Shown here: piece by piece, positions 33,816 to 49,000 of the stretch
Layout of the letters: each line of letters starts with the position of its first letter
How positions within the stretch are numbered: the first letter of the stretch is position 1
Origin: Hormiphora californensis
Lineage: Eukaryota > Animalia > Ctenophora
Reading direction: 5' to 3'
Length of the DNA: 64,000 nucleotides
Assembly: GCA_020137815.1 (NCBI GenBank)
Contig: CM035359.1
Coordinates: 496,001-560,000 of the forward strand
Position numbers and translations under genes: made by a program
Notes under the pieces: generated by a model
Databases searched by the model: none
What the model saw: the letters and a program-made list of their open reading frames with translations, nothing else
Told to the model about the DNA's origin: nothing

Positions 33816-36800
33816 TTAAGTGGATTTGGGTGGAGGATTGTCGATGAACCACAATACGTAAACAGGTTTAAACAACGCAGCGTCGTTGAGAATAAGTTGC
33901 TCACAAAAACCTGAACCATCAGGCTGTACTTTTTTATACTTCCCTTCAATCAGGGCCAGTTTGAAGATGATCATGCATTCCTTTCCATAGCGAGCACTAA
34001 ACTCAGGGTACTCAGAAAAGTAGCAGCCATCACCAAAACGTCGACCATGAACTGCTTTCCGATTTGGATCCAAATTAGTCTTTATGATACTACCAATGTT
34101 TTCTTTCGCAGTGGCATGGAAGGCGAACACTTCGTACGTTTTTTGGGACCTATCTGCGATCTTTATATTATAGCTCTTTTCACATGATTTGTTTCTTACA
34201 ACTCCAACAAATTTGGCTAGCGGTTTCCCTCCCATAGCTTGATGATATGCCGATCTTTTTGAGCAGGCTCCGTCGTAAATTCCGATGACTTTCTGGAGCA
34301 GCTCTACTATCGGGTCACTAACATTCCTCATATCGTAGTCAGTTAACTTGTATCTAGTTTCACCCTCAGAAAAGTTGGACATCAAGTCTGCCTCAGGAAT
34401 GTTCACAACTTTAGGCTTCAAAGTCAGTTGGACAAGGTATTGGAAATGAAACTGAGAGGGATCATAGACTCTATACTTTGCTGGTTGATTCATCTTGGAG
34501 ATGAGAATCGAATCCTTCTTATTTTTCTTGAGATATTTTTCTGGCCCTCCTTTTATCTCATGTTCCGCTACAGAGTTTCCCACAATCAAGTTTCCGATGA
34601 AAATTGAGAAAACTCCGTGTTCGGAATTTGGTAGGTCTCCATCAATAGCGCCTTTTAGTAAATCTATCGTAACGTTTGATTTAATAAGCCTTTTAAGGTG
34701 AGATATTTCAGTTATATCGACAGGAAGAATCGGATTTCGAAGAACTTTAAAGAGTTCCTGCTGCAGAGAACCGTGAGTAGTATTTGCTGCAGCGTTCCAA
34801 AATTCCTCGGAGTTCTTCGGACATTTCACTTTGTAGCACTGAGATATACAATCAATCTCATATGCGTCGCTGTGCCTGAAAAACTGTTGACATTTGCTCT
34901 CCAGACAGAGTTCACTGTCGTCAACAATTGGTACCAGAGTTGCACTATCTCCACCATTTTTAGCTTCTTCCTTAGCTCTATCATAGGCTTGTTTAGCCAC
35001 TCTCTTTTCCGCGTGGACTGCCATCTCGTACTCAACCTTACAAATTCCACAATCCTTGGATAGACAGTTCTCGATACAGCCCAGCTTACAAGGATGCCCA
35101 CAGTCCACTCTGTTTTTACCACACGGATGTTTGCACAGCTCTTTTTCGCTGCATTTTCTTCTCTGAGGATGTCCACAGCTCTGACTGGTGTACGACAATA
35201 GAAACTTGCATTCTTTAACTTCAGGTTTTGAACTTCCACAAACTTTTTTAAAGTGAGCAACATGTCCACAGCCATCAATCGTGAACTCAACCTGAACTGG
35301 ACATTCGTGCGCTTGGTGTGAGTGCTCATCTCCACAAACTTTTTCACACTTGTGCTTCTCTGGACAGCTATAGAACTCTTTGCATTCTTCAAAACACATA
35401 ACTCCACTTGGATTAGTTTTCCACGGATGACACTGAACTTCTTTCTGGTGACCACATTTAGGGAGTTGTTTTTGCAGCTTCACAGCACATTCCAAAGTAG
35501 CCGGATCCTTATAACATTGGTAAGAGGTTTGATGGGAACAGTCCGGAAAAATGAAACCAACTAATGTCATACATTTTGTGTGATCGTGCCGAGGTGTGCA
35601 CAGTTTAGTGCACCTATGCTGTGGAATTTTACAGTCGTACAACTGTCTGCAAGGCTCAGTACACCACGATTTTGAATTTAGGACATAATGTGATATTTTT
35701 GAAGGATCAAGACACTGTCCCCGAAGCTCCTTTTCCAGGTCTTTCACGTGGCCAGCACGGACAGAAGTATGGGGATGTAGATGGCACTGCAGGATAAGGT
35801 TCTCTTCAATCAATCCTTGAGCCAAGAAAGGTTTAATAATAGGCATCCAAGGAGCATGTTTTATAAAAGTTTGTGCATCTCCAACGAAATACATTCCCCG
35901 TTTTGCTCGAGACTGAGCAACACACCTTCTTTCCATTTCTTTCATGAACCCAATGTTACCTTCCGGGTTTGAGCGAGTGAGGGAGATGATAACATAGTTG
36001 TTTTCGTCCCCCTGATACTCATCAATTGACCTAATATCGACACCTAATTCTCCAGGCTTCAGTGAACGGAATAATGTCCTTACCGCATGGACTTGGCCGA
36101 GATACCCACAGATAATTGTGATTTCTTCGCTTGGTACATCACTTGCGATCAAGTAGAGAGCGAGGGAGACTGCCATCCCTGCTTCTGGATGGTTTTTTAC
36201 AGTCCTTTGTTTGTCTTCTCGGTAGCTATGATTCCACCAGAACATGGAGTGCTTTAGGCAGTTGAGAGGAGGATTCTTTTGATCCAGATTTGGGAAATCT
36301 TGGTAATCAGGGTAGATATCAAGAAGCAATTTTGAAAACTCAGGCCTCATTCGTCCCTGCTTCAGAAGAGTTTTGTAGGGCAAACCAGACAGGATCAGTC
36401 TTTCCATCATGGATATGTCGAGCCGGTAATTTTTCTTCAGATGATACGTATCGATCTGTGGCCTGAGCTGCTGGTGATCTCCAATCATTATCAGTCTTTC
36501 CACACTTTTTGTCAGAATTCCAACCAAACAGGGCTCCATAATCTCTGCACATTCTTCGATGATAACAATTTTCGGGTTCAGTTTCTGTATGAGACCAAGC
36601 TGGATCGAAGCTCCTACGATTGTGGCGCCAACAATCTTTTGTCGACTCAAAATCTGCAGCTTATTTCTGACATCAATGTCCTTTTCTTTAGAGCGGTAGA
36701 TATTCAGATTTTCCAAAGATTCCTTCATTTTTTCAATGACTTCATCCAAAGAAGTGGTGAGTGACGCAAAAATAAAGCAGAACCGATCAACTTCGTCTAG

Positions 36801-39800
36801 TTTATGTAGGTCTTTTTCACTTAAAAGTTCGCTTTTCATACAAAAATTAGCAGAAAAATCAGACAGCTGGAACTCTTTTTTGGATGACGAACTCTTCTTC
36901 ATAGATTTTATCAGTTCCTCAATCCTAAGTGCTCCAGATCCAATATTATCATCGAAGGCAGACTCCCTCTGTGCCGCGAGCTCGTTCAAATAGTCCTCAT
37001 CAATATCGTCATCATCATCTTGATCACCTTGAACGTCTTCATCACCGTCTTCATCTTGCCAAGTCGTTGTACTCCGTTCTTTGACAGTTCTGTGAAACAG
37101 ATCCGTGAGTTCGGACAACTTTCCTTTGTTCGGTAGCCAGCCATAGAAAGCATTTCTGAAAATGTTGACAAACCACTGGGCCGCTAATGGAGGTCGCTGA
37201 ATCATTTCAGAGAACTGGATTTTAAAAGCTTCCTTTGCCCGCATCATTCCATACTCTTTACGGGCTTTTTTGTTCTTAACAGCATCATAAAAGAACCTGT
37301 CCAGCTGTTCTGGAGAAACCAGTTCACAGAAACTTACTATATTGAACTTGGATTTTACTCTAAACTCGGTCAGCAACTTCTGGAAAGTGTGAAACTCGTT
37401 GTTGATAGCCTCCATTATCTCACGATTTGGAATCCGTTTAATTTTTGTGTTCGCCATTTTGTTTTTCATCAGGCAACCCTCTAGCTCCTCCTCTTTTGAC
37501 TGACCACCAATCCTAAGAAGCTCATCTTTGGGACAAAACTCGAGGCAGTGTTTCAGAAACTCGTCCAAAGCATGGTTTTTGTAGGTGAGGACAAGAATGG
37601 GAGGTTCATCCGGTACCTTTGGGGCACCTTTTGCCTGAATACGAGGTGTTTTTGACTTGTTGACAAGATACAAAAGATGAGCCAGTTTTGCTCCAACAAA
37701 TGTCTTTCCAGTTCCTGGAGGTCCTTGAATTATTGCAAGAGGATATTTTAAGACATGTTCAAAAGCAGCCTTTTGGGATTCTTCAAGATCGCCATATCCG
37801 ACCTTTTGCATCAGGGATGAATTGATGTTCAGTGGGATTTGTGAAGAATTAGCCTTTAGAATAACGTCACACAGGTTGAAGCTTTCCAATTCGCTCATTC
37901 GAAGGCTTTCCAGAATGTGCCGGAAGGACTGAAAGTAAGTCGGACTCTCAGCCATGATCAATCTACCTGATTGTTTCAAAAGTGTCAAAGCAGCATCCAC
38001 GAGGCTGTAATTGGCACAGAAAGACACTAACTCTACTCCAATAATTGGGCCTTTTTCCAACTTTTTAGGATCTCTGTCAATGACGGTGAGCCATATGGCA
38101 TCACTGAAGTCCCCCTTCGCAGAGGCGCAAAGGAGGTTTCCAAACATTAGTTGCCGGGACTTTTTCCAATTTCTTACAGGACGATCCGGTTTGAAACTCA
38201 GGTAGAAAACAATGTTAGACCTATCTTTATCAACTTTTACCACTCCCACTCGAGAGTACATGCTCATGTCTCGTTGATCGAGGCGACCATTGTTGAAGTC
38301 GTTGATGCCTTTTTGAATACTCGAGAAACACTCTGCACGAAGAAGTCGGTAATAGATATCTAGGTATTGGTCGACACTGTCGTAGGGCTTTTTAGTATGG
38401 ACAGGCTTCAAGTAGGGAACTTTTTCAAGGGGGTCGCCAAACATTTCCTGAATAGAAGGAATGGTTTCCAATTCCTGCCATTTTTCAAGGTCTACCAGGC
38501 GGGCAGTTTTGAGAAGAACACGATGCAGAAATTTGGCTTCTTTTGTATTAGAATTCCTCACCAACTCGCCCAGGGATGGAAGGCAATCTTTTAACTTGGA
38601 TGGATCACTTTCAATTTGCTGTTCGATTTGCCACAAATTGATTTTACCCCTCGCTCTGTCGCTTGTAATTCGGCTCGATAACTTTGAGGTGGAAAGCATT
38701 TCCATAATTTTAGATCTCTGGCCCGGAAATCCAGTCATGTGAGGTAAGGAAGTCATCAGAAAGGAGTATAGGCATCGAATGTAACTCTCAAATTCAGCGA
38801 TTGGATCAGTTTTTGCTTTCAGTAGGAATTCCCACAGCGCTGGACATGTCATGATAGTGTTCAGTGCTCCAGTCCTAGTCCCGCCATCTTGGAGAGAACT
38901 GATAATGGAATCGAAGTAATCTTTTATCTCCCTCAGCGTTCGTTGCCCGATGAAGGTTTCGACCTTTACTTGATAGGCCCTAGGCTTTACTTTTCCATCC
39001 GGCATTTTTTCGTGCGGCCTAGCACTTGCTACTCGAGCCAGCTCAAACTTTACGATGTCCCCCCTTTTAAGCGGAGGTAGAAAACTGTTCCCTTCCAGTG
39101 CTGCATCGTACATGAAAACGTCCTTCTTCTTCGCAAACTCCTCAGGCAAAACTTGGAACGGTTTTATAAACTGTGCTTGTCCTGGTTGAGCTTGGACAGT
39201 TCCATAGAACCATTTCCCCTCCTTGTCCACCTTTGCTGAATTAACTTTGAGAGTTGATACTACCCGCTGAAAAGAATAATCGTGTTCTTTAGTGAATTAA
39301 ACTCTTCTCCTCTTAAAATTTCTGGGAAGGGATGTTTCAGTAATTTTGATTATTTCTTACCACTGAGTCCAATATTTCCTCTGAGATACCATCATCTAAT
39401 TCACTATCAGAATCACACTCTCTCACTACCTGAGACATTTTGAGCTTTAATTTCTCGTACAACAACTTATAGTGATCAAACTTGAGAAATTATTGATGTC
39501 ACTGGTAGAAACTTTTATTAGCCCTCGTTTCTATTGGCCTCCTATATAATGACCTTCCAATACAGCAGAATCAGTTTTTCATCATAGGGGAGGGGGAGGG
39601 ACCTATCAACCGAAATCAGTGTAGCAATAATAGTTTTTTTTAGATTCAATTTGGTCTGTATTTGATTTTCTTACCCTTTGTTCTTCAGCAGCACGCTGCG
39701 AAATCATATTGGCTTTTTCTACGGCTAGCTGTGCCGCTTTATCCCTGTATGCCACAAATGCATCCTTGTACTTCTTCTCGCTATCTGCAATCTCAACACA

Positions 39801-40796
39801 CTGCCAAAATGATTGTGTTTACATGACCATCATAAGAATAAATTTGTAAGATACTGGAAGAATTTGAAATTTACTTTTTGATTTGCAGTATCCAATTCAT
39901 CCACCAAGTCGTTGTTCTGAAGGAATTAAAATTCTTTATCATTAGTGTTTAGGAGAATCCTCCGTAAAATAACATATCAGTGTTGTGGGTGTTCATGAAA
40001 TGAAAAGAAATACCTTTGCAAGGTATGCCTCAAATTTATCTTTATATTTTCTTTTGCTTTGAGCCAACTCTGTGATCTGAGGAAATGAAATCTCGATCAG
40101 TCTGTAGTAAGTATTTTTATGTAAACATTGTCAACAAGTAACCATTACTTATGCTATTGTAGACACGAATAAGGATTCTCAAAAAAATTATCATTTACGT
40201 GCCAAAAATATATATACCTTTTTGTTTGCAGTATCCAATTCATCAATACACCTCCTTTCACTTTCGGCTGAGTTTTCTGCCTGAATAAAAGAAAAGACGT
40301 GTCAAAAATAGTCAATCCAAGATCAAACATTTTCCATAACAGACAAACAAACAAACAAACAAACAGACAAAGAACAACAAGAACGAACATTGAACAATAA
40401 AAACGTTGTCTATTAGAATAATAAAGTCGATTGTTACCTTCGATTTATAATTCCTGACATGACCCGTGAGTTGAGCATTTCGGTTTATCAAATTTTGAAC
40501 CTGTTAATGTATCTGCCGTAATTATTTTTACGGTATAAACGTGCATATAAAAAGTCAGAAATGAATGTTGTTGAAAAAGTTTTTCTAACCTGGTCTTTGA
40601 GCAGTGCAACTTCATTTCTTTGGTCTGTGAACGCACGGGACGGCCGAAAATCCTGAAAATAGAAGGGTGACTTGTTGGGGGATTTTGTGCGTCACCAAAT
40701 ACTTAGGGATACACTGAATAACGTCGACAAACGCACATCTTTCTATCAGTGAAATCAGAAAATTCAAGGCATCATGAAAGAAACACTTACATTCAT
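33816..40796 (-). CDS. ZNFX1-like helicase - NF-X1 - tandem PARP-like protein, copy 2 (main exon intact)
   Basis: Uninterrupted main exon 39266-33816 with all helicase and ART motifs. Small upstream coiled-coil exons from ATGAAT|gtaag (40796-40791) and 40652-40590 down to ~39481-39361. Confidence 0.88.
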
Positions 40797-40984
40797 TTAG
40801 AAGCTGTTGCACCATGGACCTCAGGAGCCATTTCAGCTAGAAAAATAGAAGCATTGTTTAACAGGGATTGTGTCGGGTAATTGTAAGAATAGGAATCGAG
40901 ATGGAAATTCGGGTTTGGTCTAATTTGGGAATATAGCATGCCTGGGCCTTGATAGTCCAAAAGTAGTATGAATATAGAGAGAAT

Positions 40985-41105
<121 letters not shown>

Positions 41106-41664
41106 AAGAAGGTGCATGTGAGTTAGAGAGATGCAAAAGAGTGACGTCTTCACGGTAGAAATCTGACATTTGAGGAAAAGGGCAGATGCGTTCGAACTTG
41201 TAACTGTCTAAGGAGCGAAACGAAGGAATCCGAAGAATTGTATTAATATCAAAGCCCAAGATAGAAATTGGGCTATACGATCAGATTAGACGAGGGCGCA
41301 ACCAATATAATACGTTTCGTGTGGGTTGGAGGGGGGGGGGGGTATACGGCTGGTGTATACAAATAAAAGTCTTCAGATAAAAGAGTTTTAACAAGACATA
41401 AAAGATCAAGTTCATACATCATGAACAGACAGTAAAATTAGACAGTAAAATTAGCTTGCCAGGTTAGACTGTTTTTCGCGCGCCCCGCAATTAGCAACAT
41501 TTCTAAGAAAAAATAATTAAAAAGCTGGCAACATACCATACATATTTTACAGTGATCATATAAAAACTCATTCGAATATTTTACATAGCAGTGACGTTTA
41601 AAAAAGTATATTATCATGGTCCCAATTCATGATAAGAAGCAAAAAAGAATATCATTTGCACTAT

Positions 41665-42485
41665 TAGTCAGGACCACTATTGGTGCGCGGTCGTGCCCAC
41701 GGAAGGAGTGCTTGGATCATCTTGAAACCGGTTTTAAGTTCACTAATGCATGCCCAAAAGTGTCTGTAGCCATTTGGGTGATGTTCTGACAATCCAATCA
41801 CGAGTTATGACCGAAAAACAGTCAAAAAAGACGTTTTAAAGTGACAAAAAGGAGGATCTGAACACAGCCCTTATATGAAGGGCTGGGGCTTTGAAACTTC
41901 TTGTGTGGACAGAGAATCGTCCAAATTTGCAGTGTCAAATTTCAGATAGTTTCTATCTTTTGTAGTTATCTAATTAGAGTCGTTTAAACATGTGAGACAA
42001 CCTATATGACCCTACAAAACAGGGTGATTAGGTACTGCTTCCGTCTCATATTGCTTGCTCTCACCGCTTGTATGCTTTAATCCCTTCTCTAATTGGGCAA
42101 ATCTCGTCAAGTGATCACTTCACAAGCAGTATTATAGGGCCCTTTAGCAACTTCTCACATGTTTAAACGACTCTAATTAGATAACTACAAAAGATAGAAA
42201 CTATCTGAAAGTTGACACTGCAAATTTGGACGATTCTCTGTCCACACAAGAAGTTTCAAAGCCCCAGCCCTTCATATAAGGGCTGTGTTCAGATCCTCCT
42301 TTTTGTCACTTTAAAACGTCTTTTTTGACTGTTTTTCGGTCATAACTCGTGATTGGATTGTCAGAACATCACCCAAATGGCTACAGACACTTTTGGGCAT
42401 GCATTAGTGAACTTAAAACCGGTTTCAAGATGATCCAAGCACTCCTTCCGTGGGCACGACAACGCACCAATAGCGGTCCTGACTA
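41665..42485. mobile_element. Foldback non-autonomous DNA transposon with 333-bp TIRs, TAG...CTA ends and 3-bp TSD (Academ-like)
   Basis: 41665-41997 is the reverse complement of 42153-42485. TAT is duplicated. The empty site gcacTATtatatg is preserved in the paralogous spacer at 33184-33196. Confidence 0.85.
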
Positions 42486-43039
42486 TATTATATGTATCCA
42501 TAGTACATTATATCGTATTTCCCTGCCGCAGCAGAAGGGCGCCATGCTTTTTATTGATCAAGAGACAAGAGAGAAGTTCCCGAAAGATTATTTGCATTTT
42601 GGTATAACATTCCAGGCGCAGCTCAGGAAAGTTACACCACAATGCATGCCCCATATTTCATGAAAACCTGTCATTGAAGTGGTTTATGAAGAAGCAGTTG
42701 CGTAGTAGGTAGCAGACAGCGGTGGAAATTTAATTATCCGTCTACCGATTTAGTCGAATTCTAACCCTGCTATGCCATTTTGCAAAGCAAAAAGGCATCC
42801 GGGCAGGGAAAAATAGGTTAAAATCTATGTAACTTGGCCAAAACAGCTTGTATTATAATAATAATAATAACACAGGAATAGATCACGTTCCACTAACAGT
42901 GCTCTATCGGGAATCCGAGAGCCGGAAAACAAAGAGAAACAAGGTTACTTCAGATTGCTTTGAAGTAACCTTGTTTCTCTTTGTAATAATAATAACATTC
43001 TAATACCATATCAAGATTTACAGCAGTCAAAGTGAAGCT

Positions 43040-46000
43040 TTAAGTGGATTTGGGTGGAGGGTCGTCAATGAACCACATCACATAAACAGGCTTAAACAAC
43101 GCATCGTCTTTTAGAACAAGTTGCTTACAAAACCCTGCACTGTCTGGTTTATACTTCGTGTACTTCCCTTCAATTAAGGCCAGCTTAAAGATAATCATGC
43201 ATTCCTGTCCGTATTTTGCACTAAACTCAGGATACTCAGAAAAGTAACAACCATCGCCAAAACGTCGACCGTTAACTGCTTTCCGATTTGGATCCAGATT
43301 AGTCGTTATGATACTTGAAATGTTTTCTTTTGCAGTGGCGTGGAAGGCATAAACTTCACATAGCTTCTTTTCAGTCAACTCTCCAGGTTCAGTTTCTAGC
43401 TCAGCTTTCCTCCGACTTTCATACTTCTCTTCGGCTCCTTTGTTGCCCACAAAACCAACGTATTTCACTTCAACTTTTCTTAATGTATTCGATTGATAAG
43501 CCGTCCTTTTTGAGCACGCTCCATCATAGATCGATATCGCTTTCTGGAGGAGCTCAACAGTGGGATCACTGACATTTCTCATATCGTAGTCAGCTAAGTT
43601 GTATCGAGTTTCACCTTCAGGAAAGTTGGACATGAGCTCAGCTTCTTGAATCTGCACAACTTTAGGCTTCAAACTCAATTGGACAAGGTATTGAAAATGA
43701 AACTGGGAGGGATAAAAGACTCTATACTTCGCTGGTTGATCCATCTTAGAGACTAGTATCGAATCCTTTTTATTTTTCTTGAGAAAGTCCTGTTTTGGAC
43801 CTTTCACCTCATGTTCCGCTACAGAGTTGCCAACAAGTAGATTTCCAATGAAAAGAGAAACAACTCCATCCTTAGATTGTGGAAGATCACCATCGATAGC
43901 ACCAATTGATAAATCGATCGAAACACCATTAACAATTAGCTTTGTTAGGCTAGCTATATCAGTTATATCACCGGGACCAACAGGATTTCGAATTTTAAAG
44001 AGCTCCTGCTGCAGAGAACCGTGAGTTTTATTCGCAGTAGCATTCCAAAATTCCTCAGAATTCTTCGGGCATTTTACTTTGTAGTACTCAGAGAAACTTT
44101 CAATCTCGTATGTGTCACTGTGCCGGAAAAACTGTCGACATTTGTACTCTAGATCCTCTTGAAGCTGCTGGTTATCGATAATTGGAACCAAAGTTGCCTT
44201 CCCTCCATCATTTTCTGCATCCTTCTTTGCCTTAACAAAAGCCTCCTTAGCTGCTGCCTTTTTCGCCAAAACTACCTTTCGATATTCTACTTTACATATC
44301 TCACAATCTTTGGATAGACAGTTCTCGATACAGTTCAGCTTGCAAAGATGATCACAGTCAACTCTCGTTCGATCACAAGGATGTGGGCACTGCTCTTTTT
44401 TGCTGCATTCTCTTCTCTGAGGATGTCCACAAGTTTCACTGGTGTACTTCAACTGAATCTTGCACTTTGCTGTTATAGTAGATTTAGGTTTTCCACACAC
44501 TTTTTTGAAATGAGCAACATGTCCACAGGGGTCGAATTTGAACTCAACCTGAACTGGACAATCTTGGGCATAGTGTGAGTGTTTAATTCCACAAACGGTC
44601 TTACATTTGTGCTTCTCAGGACAGTTATAGAACTCTTTGCATTCTTCAAAACACATAACTCCCCTTGGATTAGTTTTCCACGGATGACACTGCACTTCTT
44701 TCTGGTGGCCACATTTAGGGAGTTGTTTTGTAAGCTTGCAACCATCTTCCAAAGTACCGGATCCTTTATAACATCTTGTGCTTAAGTGCTAGGCGACAGT
44801 CCGAAAAATTCAAACAACAGACTTCAATCATTTGTATGCTCATGCCTTTGGCACAGAGTTTTGATCACTTAGTTCTCAAAGTTTACAGCCCGTCTAACCG
44901 TCCGCAAGGCTGGCACCGTTTCGGATTTTGAACGGTATGTGCAGATTTCTGTTAGATCAAGAACTGCCTTTGTCCTTTTAGATGTAGTTTTCCCCACTTT
45001 TTTATGGACTGTCCCAGGGCGAATTTGACCAACACAAACGGCAATTTGCATAGGTGGATTACAACAAGTCTGTTTTCAGAAAAAGATCTTCCCCATTAAA
45101 ACACTTGTTTTCAACCTTGATTTTCCAGTAGGCGACAATTTTTTTCCGTGCATTTTGGAAGTTTTTGAGGTAAGCATTCCGTACCGATCTTATAATACTG
45201 ATTCGCCTTTGCTCAGCGAAAACAAATCAAATGACTTAACATTTTATGTCAGCTGGACAAGTTTTGGACTTAGGTTTTCATGAACGGTGAAGCCAGGTGA
45301 TAACACTAGTTGTTTTTGTGCAACTCGTGATATCTTCGAGATAATGACCTAGTCATTAGTCGCACATTCGACATTCTACACAGGCTTCGTGGAACGGATA
45401 AAATGGACACTTACAGATTTCATAAACCGGTTTCACTTAGATTATAGGAGTTTTTGTTTTTCTGAAAATCACCCAAATCATCGTTTGAGCAGGGAAACAC
45501 CTCTTCCATCTTTCACCAGATGTTACCTCGGTTCTATCTACTCGTGGGTAACTATGGTTTTCCACCAGAATCTGATCGTTAGCAGTTAAGATTTTTTCGT
45601 CCAGATTCGGGATAATTCTTGGCTGAAATGGCAATATCACAAAATGTTTTTGCTAGTAACTCAGGCCTCATTGCTAACCTGCATCCCTCACGAGAGTTTT
45701 TCCGTTAGTGCAAACCGTAGAATGGTCTCAACATGATCTTAGCATTAAGAGGCGGATCTTTTGTCAGATTGGGTTCTTGTGATAACGATGATTCGAAGAC
45801 CTTGACTCAGGTGGCTCCAATCATTATCGTCTTCCAATTTTTGTCAGAATCCAATCAAACAGTGCTCCATAATCCTACTTCTTCAATGATCGATGATTGG
45901 CCAATTTTAGGTGGTTCAATTTTTGCTAAGCACCATCTGGATCGAATGCAACCAAACGATTGTAGCACCAACAATTTTTTGACGACTCAAAATTTGAAGC

Positions 46001-49000
46001 TTGTTTCGTATTCCAACTTCCTTTTCTTTAGAGCGGTAGACATTCAGATTTTCCAAAGATTCCTTCATCTCTTCAATGATGTCATTTAGGGCAGTGGTGA
46101 GTGACGCATAAATGAAGCAAAACCGATCAATTTCATCGAGCTTATGTAAATCTTTTTCACTTAAAAGTTCACTTTTCAGACTAAAATCAGCAGAAAAATC
46201 TGAAAGTTGGAATTCGTATATGGAAGAAGACATTCTTTTCATCGACGAAAGCAAATCCTCAATTTTTAAGGCGGCTCTAGATTTAAAATTATCGTCATAA
46301 GCAGATTCTCTCTGTGACGCAAGCTCACTCAAATAGTCCTCATCAATATCATTAGTTTCATCATCGTCATCTTGGAAGTTATCTTCATGTACTACATCTC
46401 CCCATGTTGTCGTATTCTGTTCTTTAACCGTTCTGTTAAATAGTTTAGTAAGTTCTGTTAACTTCCGCTTGTTGGGTAGCCACCCGTAGAACGCACTTCG
46501 AAAAGCATTGAAAAACCATTCAGTCTTCGGTGTAGGATTCCGAAGCATTCCGGAGAGCCGAACTTTGAAATCATGCATTGATCTCAGTATAGAATACTGG
46601 TTCTGTGCACCTTTGTTCTTAACACCATTTCGAAAGAATGTGTCCAGTTGTTCTGGAGAAACCAGTTCACAGAAACTAAACATATTGAACTTGGATTTCA
46701 TCTTAAATTTCTTGAGCAAAGTCTCGAAGGTGTGAAATTCATGGTCAATATCTTCCATTATCCCTCGTTTTGAAATCCGTGAATAGTTCATGCTCGCCAT
46801 TTTGCTTTTCATCAGACAGTCTTTAAGCTCCTCCTCTTTTGACTGTCCACCAATCCTAAGAAGCTCATCTTTGGGACAAAACTCGAGGCAGTGTTTCAGA
46901 AATTCGTCCAAAGCATGGTTTTTGTAGGTAAGGACAAGAATGGGAGGCTCGTACTGCAGCTGTTCAGGTTCATCGCTGCTACAAGTGGATGCAGCATCAC
47001 TTTCAGGCTCGATATCGATATCCGGAACCTTTGGGGCACCTTTTGTCTGAGACTGAGGACAAAGGTATAAAAGATGTGCCAGTTTTGCTCCAACGAAGGT
47101 TTTCCCAGTTCCTGGAGGTCCTTGAATTATTGCAAGAGGATATTTTAGGACATGGTCAAAAGCAGCCTTTTGAGAATCTTCAAGATCATCATAACCAACC
47201 TCTTTCAGCAGGGATGAATCGACTGTCAGTTGGAACTGAGGAGATTTCGCCTTTAGAATGACGTCACATAGGTTAAAGCTTTCCAATTCGCTCATTCGAA
47301 GGCTTTCCAGAATGTGCCGAAAAGACTGAAAATAAGTCGGACTCTCGGCCATGATCAATCTGCCTGAATGTTTCAAAAGTGTCAAAGCAGAATCTACAAG
47401 AGTGTTATCGGAAGAGAAAGACAATAACTCTACTCCAATAATTGGTCCTTTTTCCAACTTTTTAGGATCTCTGTCAATGACGGTGAGCCAAATTGCATCA
47501 CTGAAGTCCCCTTTCGCAGTTGCACACAGCAGATTCCCAAACATTAGTTTTCGAGAGGCTTTCCAGTTGTTTACAGGACGATCCGGTTTGAAGCTCAGGT
47601 AGAAAACAGTGTTAGAACTATCCTTTACAACTTTTACCACTCCCACTCGAGAGTACATGCTCATGTCACGGGGATCGAGGCGACCATTGTTGAAGTCGTT
47701 GATGCCCTTTTGAATACTCGAGAAGCACTCTGCACGAAGAAGTCGGTAGTAGATATTAAGGTATTGGTCGACACTGTCGTAGGGTGTGTTACGTTGGACA
47801 GGCTTCAAGTAGGGAACTTTTTCAAGGGGGTCGCCAAACATTTCCTGAATAGAAGGAATGGTTTCCAATTCTTGCCATTTTTCAAGGTCTACCAGGCGGG
47901 CAGTTTTGAGAAGAACACGGTGCAGAAATTTGGCTTCTTTTGTGTTAGAATTTCGCACTAGATCACCCAAGGTTGGAAGGCAATCTTTCAGTTTAGCCGG
48001 GTTACTTTCTATCAGTTGTTCAGTTTGCCATAAATTGATTTTACCTCTAGTTTTGTCGCTTGTGATTCGGCTAGATAACTTAAAAGTTGACAGCATTTCC
48101 ATGACTTTCGCCTTTTGGACCGGAAATCTACCCATGTGAGGTACGCAAGTCATCAGAAAGGAGTAAAGGCATCGTATGTAACTTTCAAATTCAGCAATTG
48201 GATGAGTTTTTGCTTTCAGTAGGAATTCCCACAGCGCTGGACATGTCATGATAGTGTTCAGTGCTCCAGTCCTAGTCCCGCCGTCTTGGAGAGAACTGAT
48301 AATGGAATCGAAGTAATCTTTTATCTCCCTCAGCGTTCGTTGCCCGATGAAAGTCTCGATCTTTACTTGATAGGCCCTAGGCTTTACTTTTCCACCTGGA
48401 GCTTCCTCTTTTACCTTAGCTGGTCGAAATAACTGAAATTTTACGGTATCCCTCCTTTTGAGCGTAGGTAGATAACCTTTCCCGTCGAGTGTGTCATCCT
48501 TCATAAAAACGTCCTTATTCTGAGAGAATACCTTAGGCAAAGTCTGGAACGCATTTATAAACTGTGGTTGAGCTGAGACTGTGCCATACAACCATTTACC
48601 CTCCTTATCCTCTTTCGCTGGATTAATATTGAGCGTTGATAAAACCCGCTGAAAAGAGATTGTAGTATGACATTTATTCATGACATTGTATTTGTAGAAA
48701 TTATGCTACCCTGTCAGTTACTTACCACTGAGTCCAATGTGTCCTCTGATACGTCCAGATCTAAATCACTGTCAGAATCACACTCTAAGGCCTCTTCTGA
48801 AAGCTCTTCGACCTTTCTGTTAGCTTTGTCGCACAACAACTTATATTGTTCCACCTTGAGGAAAAAAAAATGCTAAGTATATATTTTCCTTATTTTTCAT
48901 TATTTATCTGAACACAAATGCCATTCTGAAAACTTACCTCTTGCTCCTTAGCATCATTTTTGGAAATCAGGTTGTCATTTTGAGCCGCTAGATCTGCTAT

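Noticed and set aside
24391-39080. Recurrent short antisense or off-frame ORFs repeated in each helicase paralog
   Set aside because: They recur only because the underlying coding DNA is duplicated; they show no independent motifs.
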